Positions 13,600-27,035 of a stretch of DNA of 64,000 nt are shown here, one piece after another. A model generated the notes under the pieces. That model saw only the letters and a program-made list of their open reading frames with translations. It had not been told where the DNA came from and made no database searches. A program made the translations under genes and the position numbers. How positions within the stretch are numbered: the first letter of the stretch is position 1; every line of letters begins with the position of its first letter. Source of the DNA: Callorhinchus milii (lineage: Eukaryota); assembly GCF_018977255.1 (NCBI RefSeq), contig NW_024704743.1:14262001-14326000 (forward strand). The letters run 5' to 3'.

Positions 13600-14020
13600 A
13601 AATCCTCCTTGTTTACTGTTCCCCCCAAGTCTTCCCCCACCTCTCTCTCGGACATCTCCACCCTCCTATCTTCCCTCTCCCTCTGCTCTGAATGTCTCCT
13701 AATCGTAAGCAGCTTCAACCTCTATGACACCCCCTCCTGCTCTATCTCTACTGACTTCTCCTCCCTCCTCTCTTCCTTTAACATCTCCCTCCTCATTCAC
13801 TCCCCAACCCACGATCGTGGCCACCCCCTTGATCTGGTGATCACCCGGGGCCTCACCGTCTCGGACATCACCATCATCGACAAAGCCATCTCGGACCACT
13901 ACTTCATCTCCCTCCATTCTGGACTCCCTCGCCCCCCTCACCTCCCAAACTGTCTCATACTCCCGTAAATGCCCCTGGTACACCAGCCATCTCCGTTCTC
14001 TCAAGGCACAAGTGCGAGCT
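13600..14020 (+). mobile_element. L2 endonuclease-region fragment
   Basis: PTHDRGHPLDLVITRG...ISDHY motifs. Confidence 0.8.
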
Positions 14021-14065
14021 GCCGACCAAATCCAAATTAACGGTCAATCGGCAGATTTGGCTTCA

Positions 14066-14842
14066 AGACTGAGGCCCTCCTGATTGGCTCACGCCAGTGC
14101 CTCTGCAGCTCAGGCTCTGGCAACATCATCGTCCGTGGTTGCACACTTCAACTCACCAAGCCAGTCAGCAACCTAGGGGTCTTGTTCAACCCTCAACTGT
14201 CTTTTCTTCCCCACATCCAAGCCATGACCCGCTCTGCCTTCCCTCACCTCCGTACCATCACCCCACTCCACCACTACCTCACCCCTCAGGCCGCTGAAAC
14301 TCTTTTTCACGCCTTCATCACCTCCAGGCTCGACTTTGCAAATGCCCTTCTTGTCGGCCTTCTCAACTCCTCTCTCCACAGGCTGCAGATAATCCAGAAC
14401 TCTGCAGCCCGTGTCCTCTCCCGCACCAAACTCTGTGACCCCATCTCCCCCATTCTCACCCGACTCCATTGGCTCCCTATCCTTCAGAGGATCCAGTTTA
14501 AAATCCTGGTCCTCACCTACAAAATACTCCATGGCCTCCCCCCACCCTACCTCTGCGACCTTCTAACCCCTTACCAACCCGCCCACTCCCTCCGCTCAGC
14601 CATTGGCGGTAGAGCCTTCAGCCACTCTGCCCCCAACCTCTGGAATTCCATCCCCCAATCACTCCGCCTCGCCCCCTCCTTGGCCTCCTTGAAGTCCCGC
14701 CTCAAAACCCTCCTCTTCAACCATGCCATTGGCCACTCCCCTTCCCCTCCCTTCTCCCCCCCCCTGACCCCAGCTTGGGTCTGAAATGCTATACACTGTC
14801 CAGCGCCTTGGGATTCCTCCCGATGTGAAAGGTGCTATACAA
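14066..14842 (+). mobile_element. 5'-truncated L2 (subfamily A, close to 4275-5389)
   Basis: ORF 14182-14784 highly similar to the 4217-5308 peptide; (GTT)n tail. Confidence 0.92.
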
Positions 14843-15996
14843 ATGTAATCTTGTTGTTGTTTGGCATTGCTGTCTGCAAATTGGTTGACCTATTCGTCTA
14901 CAAATACACAGTCACTACACTTCACAATAAATCCCGAGAACCGTTTGAAACATTTCTCATACCAATGACATATGCACTAGAGTGATGCTATTGTCTGTGT
15001 GTGATTCCGCAGCAGGAAGAAGCATTTGTAATAACTTATGGGGACTTTATTTATAAAGCTTCATTAAATGAATAGTGAAATAGGTAGTCAGATTGAGGGA
15101 ATGAATCCCTTGCACTTGAGAATAATGCAATGATATTTGGCAAATCACTCTATCAGAGTCAGTAAAGAATTGTATTCTTCTTCTGCAGAAATGACATGAC
15201 TGGATATAATGAGTTTCTAAACTGTTCAACAACAGTTACAATCCCCTTTTCGCTTGCTCAGTGTCCAACTGTGCAGTGCTCAGAGACTTGATCCTATGTG
15301 AAAGGCGCTATATAATTGTCAGTTGTTACTGACACCGCAGGTCACCCATTTGAACACAGGTATAACAGGACACATCCCAGAATACAAAATCATATATATA
15401 CTCTATAATGATATTCTCTATCCACGGAAGGAAGCACAGACTTGATGATTTTTTGTTGCAATGTTCATTCTCAAAATGAATAATGTTTTCCCTCAGGTAA
15501 TGTGACAGCCAAAGCCAGTTATATGGAGGAGAAAGTCGTTACTGACTGGCAGCCCTGTGACATTTCAGGCAACAAGCAGTATGTTTCTTATTTACAAAGA
15601 CAACAAAGTACAGTGGGGCTTTGTCATTTTTAATTCCTCACACCAGCAGTGCATTACAATTGTTCGTGCATTTTCAGTGCGGGTGTACCCACCCTCTGGA
15701 ACTCCATCCCACATTCCCTTCCCTCCCTTGCCTCCTTCAGGGCATGACTCAAGTCCCTCCTCTTTGACCATGCCTTTGGTCACCCTCTCTGCTCTCCACC
15801 CTCCCTGATCCCAACCCACCCCCAACACACCCGGTCGAGTCCCAATTCCTAATCCCAATTCCTAAGACAAACCGGTCTTAGAAATGTAGAAAGGAATGTA
15901 GAAACGTGGTTCTGACTATGCGGCAATCCCATTCTAACATTCCCTGGTATGACATGGCTGTGCACAAATTCGCTGCCACGTTCGCCCTACAATTAC

Positions 15997-16787
15997 ACAA
16001 CAACAACAACAAAATTACATTTGTATAGCGCCTTTCACATCAGGAGGACATCCCAAGGCCCTGAACAATCAGTGTTTCAAATCCGAGCTGGGGATTAGGA
16101 TCAGGGAGGGTGGAGGGCAGGGGGCGAAGGAGGGTGATCGAAGTAACGGACGAAGAGGAGGGTCTTGAGATGGGTTTTAAAGGAGGCACGGGAGGAGGTG
16201 AGGCTGAGGGACTATGGAATGGAGCTCCAGAGGGTGGGACAGAGTGGCTGAAGGCCAGCCCCCCAATGGTGGGGTGGACGAGGTGGGGAACGTGAAGCAG
16301 GCTGGAGCCCGCTGAGCTGAGGGAGCAGGCAGGTGGGTAGGGGGTTAGGAGGTCGCAAAGGTGATGGAGGGCTTTGAAGGTGAGGACCAGTATCTCTGTG
16401 TGATGGGAAGCCAGTGAAGTCGGGCGAGGATGGGAGTGATAGGGTCATGGAGCCTGCTTGGGAAACGACACGTGCTGCAGAGTTCTGGATGATCTGCAGC
16501 CTATAGAAGGAGGAGATGGGGAGGCCGACAAGCAAGGAGTTTGCATAGTCAAGCCTGGATGTTATGAATGCGTGTACAAGGGTCTTGGCGGTCTGTGGTG
16601 TGAGACATTGGCGGAGCCAGATGATATTGTGGAGGTGGGGGAAAGCAGAGTGGGTCATGGTGTAGATGCGGTGTAGAAAGGATAGTTGGGAGTCAAACAA
16701 GATGCTAAGGTTCCAGACTGGCTTAGTAAGGTGAAGTGTGCATCCTTCAATGGTGATGCTGCCAGCACTGAGATGAGGAGGCGCTAC
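15997..16787 (-). mobile_element. 5'-truncated L2 inserted in a SINE 3' end (SINE pieces ~15955-15996 and ~16788-16867)
   Basis: SRLDYANSLL peptide, (CAA)n at left end; SINE body/tail collinear on both sides. Confidence 0.85.
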
Positions 16788-17339
16788 TCTTTACATTATA
16801 TTCTGTAAAGAGCTTTCTGACATGACATGATTAGGCACTGTATCAAAAGCAAGGATTATTATTATTACAGCACTGGTGTTCTGTGGAGCCCAGGTAACCA
16901 TATATATACATATACCCAATTTCCAGCACTGAGCAGCTGGCATCTCGCATTAAAAAAAAAGGCCAGCTTTGGGATCATCACTGGCATCACACACAGATAT
17001 TTGTGAGTTTGTGCACTAAGTGCAGGGAGGGCAGTGAGACATGTGCACGATGCTCGAAAGAACGTTGCTTACATCACTTCCTGCACATTGTAGGTTAAGC
17101 CCTGTTCAGCACCACTGATGGCACTTTTCACAAGTACGGACATCAGCAGCACTTCTTTCACATAACGCACAGGAATAGAATTAACATCAGTGACGACCCA
17201 ACAACCTGGAATTTGGCCATTTTTTCTTACTTCACTTGTGACCCACCTGCTTAGATATCGGACTCAGCTGAATATGTTATAACAGGGTTGTTTTGTATTT
17301 ATAATAATAATAAATACTGATCCGAACACTCTATCCAAT

Positions 17340-17595
17340 CAACAAACATGTCCCCCTCCCTATTCACTCACCGTCAGTGGGCAGGCCTTCAACCATTTTG
17401 CCCCCAACTCGCTGGATTCCCCCCGAAACTCCTTCCTCTCTTTCAAGGCAAATCTCAAAACATACCTCTTTGATCGTGCTTTCTGGCATCTTTCCCCTCC
17501 TTAGACCCTCAGCTCCCACTCCCAGCTCGGCCAGCCAGCATTGTCAAGACATTGAGACATTCTCCAGCTATGAAAAGTGCAATATAAATGTTGCA
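17340..17595 (+). mobile_element. Old L2 3' fragment
   Basis: ggcaggccttcaacc...ctctttcaaggc...catacctctttgatcg and degraded tail. Confidence 0.7.
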
Positions 17596-18277
17596 TTGCA
17601 TTTAAAGCATAAATCTTTTGTGTGTTGAATCCGTAGGTTTCATCAGGGATTGTTGTTTGTTATCTTCTCTCTGCTCACTCAGTCCAAGTCTGACAGCCTT
17701 GGTCCCACATGCTGTGTTTGACATTTTACTTTCAGGCCAATTTGCACCCAAGTTTTATGACAACCAGTCAGCGTTGACATATGACATATGGAGCTTATTA
17801 TGTTCCCTTTTTCTTTCAGAAATTCCTCATTGAAACATTGAGTCCCAGCTTCTGAAAGGCTGATTTATCTCCTTGAAGATGTTTTTTGCACCATTTATTT
17901 TGTCCCCAGCAGATGAAAGAACCACTGGAGGAATTTGAAAAGGTCAAGCTGCTCATTTTAGATTATTAACTTGATTCATGTGCGTGATTTCAGCTCACAT
18001 CTGTAAGCGTGACTTGCCTCACCACTGGGTGGTATTACTGCACTCACTGAAGTGCTTAAATCATGTGTAATTGCTTTTAGGATAACTGTGTGGTGCTGGC
18101 ACATATTTAGCGCATAATAAGTTTAACACCCACACAGGGAAAAGCAGTTTAATAGATCAACACTGAAACATAGCAAACTTTGCCAGTAGGAATGTCTCCT
18201 TGGTTGGTAGGAGTTTGTTGTTAAAACTTCTCAACTGTGTATCATTTATGCTCATTTGTGTTATTAATAATGCAACG

Positions 18278-19380
18278 CAGAGTTCCTCAGGGCTCTGGCC
18301 TCGGTCCTCTCCTCTTCAACGTGCACATGCTCCCCCTTTGTGGCATCATCCACGGACATTGTGTCAACTTCCACGTGTATGTGGATGACACCCAACTCTA
18401 TTTCTTTGCCTCCACCCTTAACCCCAGGACCACTGCTGTCCTGACAGACTGCCAGTCAGACATCAAGTCCTGAATGAAGGCCAACTTTCTAAAGTTGAAC
18501 ATCAGCAAGACCGAGGCTCTCCTGACTGGCTTTAACCAGTGGCTTGCATCAGCGTCTCCGGACCTCAGGCACTGGCAGCATCAGTATCCATGGATGCACA
18601 CTCCACCTCACCGAGCCAATCAACAGCATCAGCGTCTTACTCAACCTCAACTGTCCTTTGTTCCCCACATCCATGCCACGATCGCTCTGCCTTCCCCCAC
18701 CTCCGCAACAATGCCCGACTCTGCCACTGCCTCACCCCTCAGGCCACTGAAACCATCCTACATGCCTTCATTATATCTAGGCTTGACTATAACTCACTGC
18801 TTGTCGGCCTTCTCAACTCTTCCCTCCACAAGCTGCAGGTTATCCAGAACTCTGCAGGTCGTGTCCCACACTAGGCTCCGTGATCCCATAACACCCACCC
18901 TTGCCCGGCTCCACTGGCTTCCCATCCCTCAGAGAATCGAGTTCAAAATCCTCGTCCTCATCTTCAAGGCCCTTCGTGGCCTTGCCCCCTCCTACCTCTC
19001 CAACCTGCTCCCCTTTATCAGTCTGGCTGCTCCCTCCGCTCAGCAGGCTCTGACCTGCTCCATGTCCCCCGCCCACTCCACCCCACCATAAGCATTCGGG
19101 CCTTCAGCCTCTCTGCCTCCACCCTCTGGAAATCCATCCCACATGCCCTTCGCCTCACTCCCTCCCTTGCCTCCTTCAAGGCACATCTCAAGACCCTCCT
19201 CTTCGACCATGTCTTCGGCCACCCTCCTACTCTCTCTGTCCTCCACCCCTCCTGATCCCAACACCACCCCATTCCCCCCACTCAGGTCCTAATCCCTAAT
19301 TCCTGACTGATCAGTGCCTTGGGATGTTCTCCTGACGTGAAAGGCGCTTTACAAATATAATTTTGTATTGTATTGTGTAT
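18278..19380 (+). mobile_element. 5'-truncated L2
   Basis: [33 protein letters not shown]; (TTGTA)n-like tail. Confidence 0.9.
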
Positions 19381-19896
19381 TGGTACAGTGGTCATCATGT
19401 CAGCTTGTGTGTCTACCAACAAGCACGATTTAACATCTGAATACAATCAGACTTCGAGATCTGTGGTCATTGAAGTTAAGGGTTAAATTATTTAGCTTGA
19501 GTTGTGGGTTGTGCTTTGTCTCTATGTCGGCTGACCCATTAACCTAAGAATAATAGCATATTATTTGGCCTTGTCATTCCATTCCTTTTTTCCATTGCCC
19601 TTATATTTTTTTCAGGTCATGAACTTTAAGAATGATAGAAATTACAGCACCAGAAAAGGTCATTTGGTCCATCTAGCTTATGCTGGTGCTAGCTAACTGG
19701 AGCTGTCCACTATGATTCCAATTCCATGTGCCTGTTTGTTCCTTGTCACATATACGTCCAGATCTTTTAAATGTTATCCCATTCTCTTAAGAAGTATTGC
19801 AGGTACTGTATACACGATCGGTCATCTCCTACTGTTTATGTGACGCTGTTGCATCTTTGACAGAATGCCTCCTATACAAAATAAAGCTGCTTCTCT

Positions 19897-20300
19897 TATA
19901 ATAATAACAATAATCCTTGCATTTGATATAGCACCTTATTATGCCTTCAAGACATCTCAAAATGCTTTACAGAATATACTGTGAAGTGAATTGACTGTAT
20001 ATTTTATGGGTAAAACGCGGCAACCAATTGCGCACAGCAGTGTCCCACAAAGAGTCTTGGATTGAGTGACCAAATTACCATTTTTATTAATAATTTTTAT
20101 TTTGAAGGGATTATTACCCCATGAAAAGTGATCTGCCATTGCCTAACAACCAGGTTCCTAGTTACTGCTAGGTAAATAAAGGCTTGTGAAGTAAGAAAAT
20201 TTGCCAAAAGATTCACCGAGAATCTAACCAGATTGCCCGAGAATCTAACCAGGTCCTCTCGCTTGCGAGGCGAGTGCTCTAATCAATATGCTACTCCACA
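19897..20300 (-). mobile_element. Full-length tRNA-Ala composite SINE (long form)
   Basis: Head, middle segment, Deu 3' part, (TAT)n tail; local duplication ccgagaatctaaccag. Confidence 0.85.
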
Positions 20301-20518
20301 GTACTTCTCTTGCACTTCTGCATTGATTAGAGCTGTCAGAACATTAGGTAAACCACACCGTTTACCACAGATGTGTTCTCTACCATTGAATGAGCCCAGA
20401 CCTTGTCTTAAATGCTCATTCACCATCCAATTTAAGCATTACAGCATATCCTCCTTGGTTGGCTCGTTATCTATCTCTATATGTAATGAATTGTTTTGCA
20501 GTTGAACGAACTCCGTTA

Positions 20519-21490
20519 CATAGAATCATAGCATCATAGGATTATGCAGCACAGAAGAAGGCCATTCGGACTGTCGTGTCTGTGCTGGCTCTTTGAAAAG
20601 AGTTACCCAAATCAATCCCACTCCCCCACCCTCTCTCCATAGCCCTGCAAACTTGTCCTCCCCAAATAGTTATCTACTTCAATCTTAAAAGTTGTTATTG
20701 AATCAGCTTCCACCACCCTTTCAGGCAATGCATTCCACATACGAACAACTCGTTGTGTGAAAAAATTCTTCTCACCTCTCCTGTTTCTTTTAACAACTAT
20801 TTTAAATCTGTGCCCTCGGGTTACTGACCCACCCGCCCGTGGAAATAGTTTCTCCTTGTTCACCTTTCCGAATCCCCTCATAATTTTGAAAACTTCTATT
20901 AAGTCTCCTCTTAACCTTCTCTGCTCCAAGGAGAATAATCCCAGTTTCTCTAGCCTCTCCTGATAACTGAAGTCCCTCATTCCTGGTACCATCCCGGTAA
21001 ATCTCCTTTGCACCCTCTCCAATGCCTTGACATCCTTCCTAAAGTGTGGTGCCCAGAACTGAACACAGTCTCTAGCTGAGGCCCAAGCAGTGTTTTATAA
21101 AACTGTTCAACTGTTATAAAAGTGTTCATCATAACTTCCTGACTTTTGTATTTTATGCCGCTATTTATAAAGCCTAGTATCTCGTATGCTTTTTTAACAG
21201 CTTTATCTACCTGTCCTGCTACCTTCAAAGATTTACTTGTGTGAACCTCCAGGTCTCTCTGTTCCTTCACCCGCTTTAAGATTGTACCATCAGCTTATAT
21301 TGCCTCTCCTCATTCTTTCTTCCAAAATGAATGACTTTGCATTTCTTCACATTAAACTTCATCTGCCACGTGTCTACCCATTTGACCAGTCTGTCTATGT
21401 CCTCCTGCAGTCTGCTACTATCCTCCTCACTGTGTACTACTTTTCCTAGCTTAGTATCATCTACAAACTTGGAAATTGTACTCTCTAACC
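20519..21490 (-). mobile_element. 5'-truncated CR1 LINE
   Basis: ISKFVDDTKLG, LGLFSLEQRRLRGDLIEVFKIM, FFTQRVVRMWNALP; (TTCTATGA)-like tail. Confidence 0.93.
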
Positions 21491-22149
21491 CAAATCGACT
21501 ATACATGTTGCTGATATATATTTACACATTCTTATATTTGACAGCGGAAGAAAAAGACCTATTTTGCAAAGTAGGATTAAAAGTATCAGATTGAACAGAG
21601 CTTCAAACTCCACCACATCTATTGATGTTAACTCTCTGATCTTTCAGCCTTGTTTGCCAATGAAGATCATTTGAGAATATCCCTTTTTCCAGAAAAAAAT
21701 AAACATAAGTGATCTGAGGATGCTGTAGCAGTCCAGCGATTGCCTTATTATTTTCATAAATCACAACATATTCCTTTTCAAACACATGTTACACATCTTA
21801 ATTTATATTCAGTCTACATCAAAGTCCGATAGAAATATCAAGTTATTTTGGGACATTGGCCTTATATTAATCATGTACTTTTATATCCTCTCAGATAGTG
21901 TAGCTGATGTGTTGGACAATTTTAGCGGCTGTCCTGCTTTTCTTTTTTGTAGTAGCTGACAGTAAGCAGCCAGCCAAATTCAGACTGTCAAACTGCTCCT
22001 ATACCTTCTAGCTTTTGAAAATACCATAAGATACTGATTCCACATTTCCTCTTTAAAGTAAATGTTTGACATAGTCCATCTAATTCAATCAAACAAAGGA
22101 TTTATATTGTAAAACATGCATAAAAATGCACACGGTACCTGCTGGGATA

Positions 22150-22700
22150 AAGATATCCCAAGAGTTTCAAACCAAGCAGGCCCATTGATCTCATCCTTCC
22201 AGAATACTCACGCTATCATTACAGCTGTTTCTTCATCCAGTGACCTAGCATCAGTCATCCTCCTAGGAACTAAAAATAATGCTTCCTGGTATCTGTCCTA
22301 AACTTGGGCAGCTGGAATTGTTCTTCTGGGTTTATTTTCTCTATTCTGTTAAACATCATTGCATATATTCCCTAATTGGGCCTCCTCTGAGATATCTCTT
22401 TCAAGGCTAAAGAGATTATCTAGTTGTTCCTCAAAACCTATTTCTCCAAAACGGAATCTGCTGAGCTGATCTCCTCTATATTGTCTCTAAGGCCTGAGTA
22501 AATTCCTAATGTTGAAATCTTTTCTTGTGCTCTGTTGTCCAGGTATGCCCTGACCAGCACGCTGTACAGCTTGACGTCTGGGGATCTGTAGAGCTCAACA
22601 GGTTTCATTTGGCAAAATAGCCCAGCATCTGTTCTGTGTTTATTACTGCCTCGCACTATTTGGACATGGTAACCGATGAGCGAACCAACATCCTCAGGTC
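22150..22700 (-). mobile_element. Ancient, highly diverged CR1 3' fragment
   Basis: Traces KLYSVLVRAYLD, LFSLER, KFRTDTRKHYF across frames. Confidence 0.6.
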
Positions 22701-22960
22701 TCTTTCAATTTGTTCCGTAGTAAGTTTGATCCCAACCAGAGAGTGAATGTACATCTCATGTTTACTTCCTATATACTTTTCCAGCATGGACTAATCGGCC
22801 AGAATGACTTGTTTCCTTACCATATCATTCTATATCATTCTCTGGAGTGGTTCTTAATACACAGACGCTCCATTTTACAATATATTCTGTGAAGTGCTTT
22901 GAGACATCTTAACGTGATAAAGCGCTATATCAAATGCAAGGATAATTATTGTTAGTGTTT

Positions 22961-24010
22961 AGAAACATAGAAACAGGAGTGGGCCAATCAGCCCCTCGAA
23001 CCTGTTCTGCCATTCAATAAGGTCATGGATGATCTGTTCCTCAAGTCCAATTACCTGCCCTTGCTCCATATCCCTTAAGGCCCTGACCTAACAAATATAG
23101 TCTTGAAAATGTGAATTGATCCAGCATCCATAGCCCTTTGGGGGAAGAGAGTTCCAGATTTCCACTACCCTTTGGGTGGAAAATTGCTTCCTGATTTCAC
23201 TCCTAAATGGCCTAGCTCCAAATCCCTTTGCTCTTCCACAGTTCTTAGTTTCTTACCATTTAGAAAATATTCTGTTTTGCTATTTTTGGATCCATAGTGG
23301 GTGACCACCCACTTCCCCACATTAAATTCCATCTATCAGAGTTTTTCCCACTCACTTAATCAATCTAAATCTCTTTGTAACTTCCTGCTCCCATCTGAAA
23401 AGCTGAGGGCCCAGTACAGGCCCCTGGGGAACACCACTTGTCATGTCCTGCCAATCAGAGAACATTCCTTTTATCCCTACTCTTTGCTTCCCTCCTCTCA
23501 ACCAATTACCAAGCCATGTCGTAAGGTTACCTCTGATTCCATGTGCTTTTATTTTTGCTAATAACCTTTTGTGTGCAACCTTATCACATGCTTCTTGAAG
23601 TCCATGTAGGTGACATCCATAGACACTCTCTTATCCACCATGTTAGTGACTACCTCAAAAAATTCAATTAGGTTCGTCAGACGTGACGTACCCTTCACAA
23701 ATCCATGCCGACTCTCTTTGATTAGCTCATACTTGTCCAAGTGCTCAGTCACACTATTCCTGATGAGAGATTCTAGTAACTTCCCCACAACTGAAGTTAA
23801 GCTGACAGGTCTGTAATTACCTGCTTTCTCCTCCTTTCCTAAATAATGGAGTGGCATTTGCAATTTTCCAATCCAAAGATATAATTTCCAAATATAGGGA
23901 GCCTTGGAAAATTATGAGTAATGCATCTGCAATTTCCTTGCCTACTTCTTTTAATACCATGAGGTGGAATCTATCAGGTCCTGGAGATTTGTCTATCGTT
24001 AGTCCCACTA
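22961..24010 (-). mobile_element. CR1 LINE with internal deletions
   Basis: KSPGPD, GNYRPVSLTSVVGKLLES, YMDFKK motifs plus CR1 3' end. Confidence 0.9.
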
Positions 24011-24239
24011 TTTTCTCATTCACCATATTTTTATTTCTGTTAAATTTATCTGGAATGAACTTACTAGTGATCATCCCATGTGAATACTCTGTGTAATAGC
24101 TTGGCTGCCTTCTATAATTCCTCAGCATCCCAAAGATTGACGTTTGAAAATGTGAAAATTTACCATTCAGTCTGCAACAAACAAAAATCCATCTCTAATT
24201 CTCTCCATTTAATTGATTTAGCAATGGTAGCAAACTATT

Positions 24240-24905
24240 GTCTGCAGATGATGTCACTAAGGGGGAGTATGTAGAGGTTGAAGAGGTGGGGGACCAAGGA
24301 TAGAACCCTGAGGAACACCGCACAAGACATGAGGCGGTGGAGGAGGATGGAGTGGTTCACAGTGTCAAAAGCAGCAGAGAGGTTGAGGAGGACGAAGAGA
24401 CAGAGGAAACTCTGGTCACAGATGGACAGGATGTTGTTTGTAACCTTGACCAGAGCAGTTTCTGTGCTGTGAGCAGAATGGAAACCCAATTGGAGGAACG
24501 TGTGAAGGGAATGGTAGGAGAGGAAGGAGTGAACAACAGCAACAACAAGATTACATTTGTATAGCGCCTTTCATGTTGGGAGGACATCCCAAGGCGCTGG
24601 ACAATGCACAGCATTTCAGGCGCTGTGAGTTGCAACATAAAACATCTCCAAACCTCAGTGTCCCAGATGGGCCCACTTGTGTCTGAAGTGAAGAAGCATT
24701 ACCCAGAAATGATGAATGATTCACAGAGTTCAAGACAAAAGGACAAAAGGACAAAAGGACAATTTAAGATCATGAAGCTGGGAAGCAACAACTCTTTCAA
24801 GGACCTTGGAAAGGAAAGGGAGGTTGTAGATGGGGTGGCAGTTAGTGAGCAGGGATGTGTCCAGAGAAGATTTTTTAGGATAGGGGTGATGAGAGTTGTT
24901 TTGCT
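24240..24905 (-). mobile_element. Old L2 fragment interrupted by an L2 tail plus templated insert (24534-24775)
   Basis: [20 protein letters not shown] motifs; host continuous across tgaa duplication. Confidence 0.85.
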
Positions 24906-25217
24906 ATAATAGATGATCCACTGAAAGCTCTTGAATACGGCTTGGATAGATTGAAATCCTTCCACTTTATCGATTCAATTCAGAGCTCATGCTGAAACAT
25001 TCTTCAGGATCATCACTTTTGCTAATAAAATACATCCTTGAGAATAAACTGTGTGAACTCCAAAATTTTAGTGGAATCTCGTGATCTTAAATTGTCCTTT
25101 TGTCTTGAACTCGGTGAATCATTCATCATTTCTGGGTAATGGTTCTTCACTTCAGACACACATTGGCCCATCTGGGACATTGAGGTTTGGAGATGTTTTA
25201 CATTGCAGCTCACAGTG
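24621..25217. repeat. Inverted repeat, arms 24621-24775 and 25079-25217
   Basis: Hand alignment: about 11 substitutions over 139 bp plus two extra gacaaaag units in the left arm. Confidence 0.93.
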
Positions 25218-25774
25218 GATAAATTGCTTGTCATATCTAGCTGGAATTTATAGATTTCTTCAAGGATGACTGTCTCTAATGGAAACTTGTTACTCGCTGT
25301 CTGTCAGCCGCAGCTGGTTGCTGTTGAGTTCATTTTTGGAACAGAGCGAAGCTCAGGGGAAATCGCTGTGGTCAGGGCACTTATAGCTGGCTCTGGTTTG
25401 GGGAAAAAGTTCCTTTGCTATAATCAGATTTCATTTCAGAGTTAAAAACATATTTCCCGTGAGTGGTTAACAACTCAGTGATGTGAATAGTTTATTGCTC
25501 AGGCAGCATTGTTGGTTTTCATTTATGTTAAGCAAATGAATAGGGTTTTAATTTGCACGATTTCTTACCAGGATTACTTATTAGAGAGTTGGAAGAGAAT
25601 CCTACTCATTCAGTTGGGGTCCCCATACAACAAAGGGAAGTAGGTCACATTCACTCGTGGGAGTGTGCACTCTGATGAAATCTACTTCTGAATGGAGTTT
25701 TATAGATGAAGAAATACTTCAATATTATTTTGGCAAAGAAATCTAATGGAGGAAGACATTTAATAATAACAATT

Positions 25775-26170
25775 GTTGCATTTTGATGTAGCATCTTATT
25801 ACATTCTCAAAAGATCTTAAATTACTTCATGGCATTTAATTGTAAAATGTAGTGACTGTGTATTTATAGGGGAATGCAAAATCAAATTTGAGCACATACA
25901 TTTTCCACAAAAAGAGATGAAGTGAATGACCAATTTGATCTATTCACCAGGACCCAGGAGAAACTTCCTTCTCTTTTTCAGGTAGTGACATGGGATCTTT
26001 AAGGTACATCTGAACAGGTGGCGAGTCTTCAATTTACTACGTCATCCAAAGGATGTCACCTGCACTGGTGTGTCAGCCTCTAGACTATGAACTCAAAGTC
26101 CCGATGTGGGGATTGAATCCACAGTTTTAGCTCAGAGGTGAGAGGGCTACCAACTGAACCAGGCTGAGAC
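25775..26170 (-). mobile_element. Full-length old DeuSINE
   Basis: tRNA-like head near 26165, Deu motifs taaagatcccatgtcact, tail near 25780. Confidence 0.75.
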
Positions 26171-26667
26171 TTGTATTCTTGTGTTAAGAATACATCCATT
26201 CCTCTCTGATGGGAATTCTGCCTCTTAATGTGGTTCCTTCATTCCAATGGATATGAAAATACAACTTTGTGGGAGGTTTATCTCTGTCTACTTGAATCGT
26301 CCCCATCTACACTATTTAATTCTCACCTCGGATGGCAGAGACTGAAGGTCCAGTATTCCTGTGTTCCTTGGTATAAATGAAAACCTTCTATGAGGATGGT
26401 GCTCTTGCAGTGGTACATGTATAGTACCTTGTGCATTAAAAGAAATCATATTAACATTACGTATTGTCAAAGTGTGCTAAACATATAGCTATGTGAATTG
26501 GCCAGACACAGTGGTTGAAAAAGGAATTCTAGTTCTCCACTCTGCTCGTGGCTTCAGTTAGTGGGACTGAAGATCTAGAGATAACTCCGTACCACATTAG
26601 AATAGGTTTGTGCTGCATCCACACAATTTACTAGCAACTGAATTTGGACGTCCTAAAATTAATTTCA

Positions 26668-27035
26668 TAATAATAAACCTTACATTTGATATAACACTTT
26701 ATCGTGTCTTCGAGACATCTCAAAGCGCTTCACAGAATATACTGCGAGGGGAATTGACCTTATATTTTATGGGCGAAATGCGGTAGCCAATTACTCGCAG
26801 TAGGATCCCACAAACAGTCGTGGATTGAGTGACCAATTTATTATTTTTTTTGATGGAATTATTATCCTCAGAAAAGCATTCCGCCAATCGACTAACAACT
26901 GGGTTCCTACTTACTGCTAAGTAAATAGAAGCGTGTGGAATAAGGACATTTGCCCAATGTTTCGCTCTGTCGGGAATTGAACCCAGGTCTCTCGCTTGCG
27001 AGGCAAGTGCTATAACTACTGAGCTATAGGACTTC
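26668..27035 (-). mobile_element. Full-length tRNA-Ala composite SINE (long form)
   Basis: A box tagctcagtag, anticodon-like loop ctCGCaa, B box ggttcaattcc, (TAT)n tail. Confidence 0.88.

Noticed and set aside
22438..22656. Possible exon or gag-like ORF
   Set aside because: Resolves as an ancient CR1 (LYSVLVRAYLD corresponds to LYKALVRPHLE)
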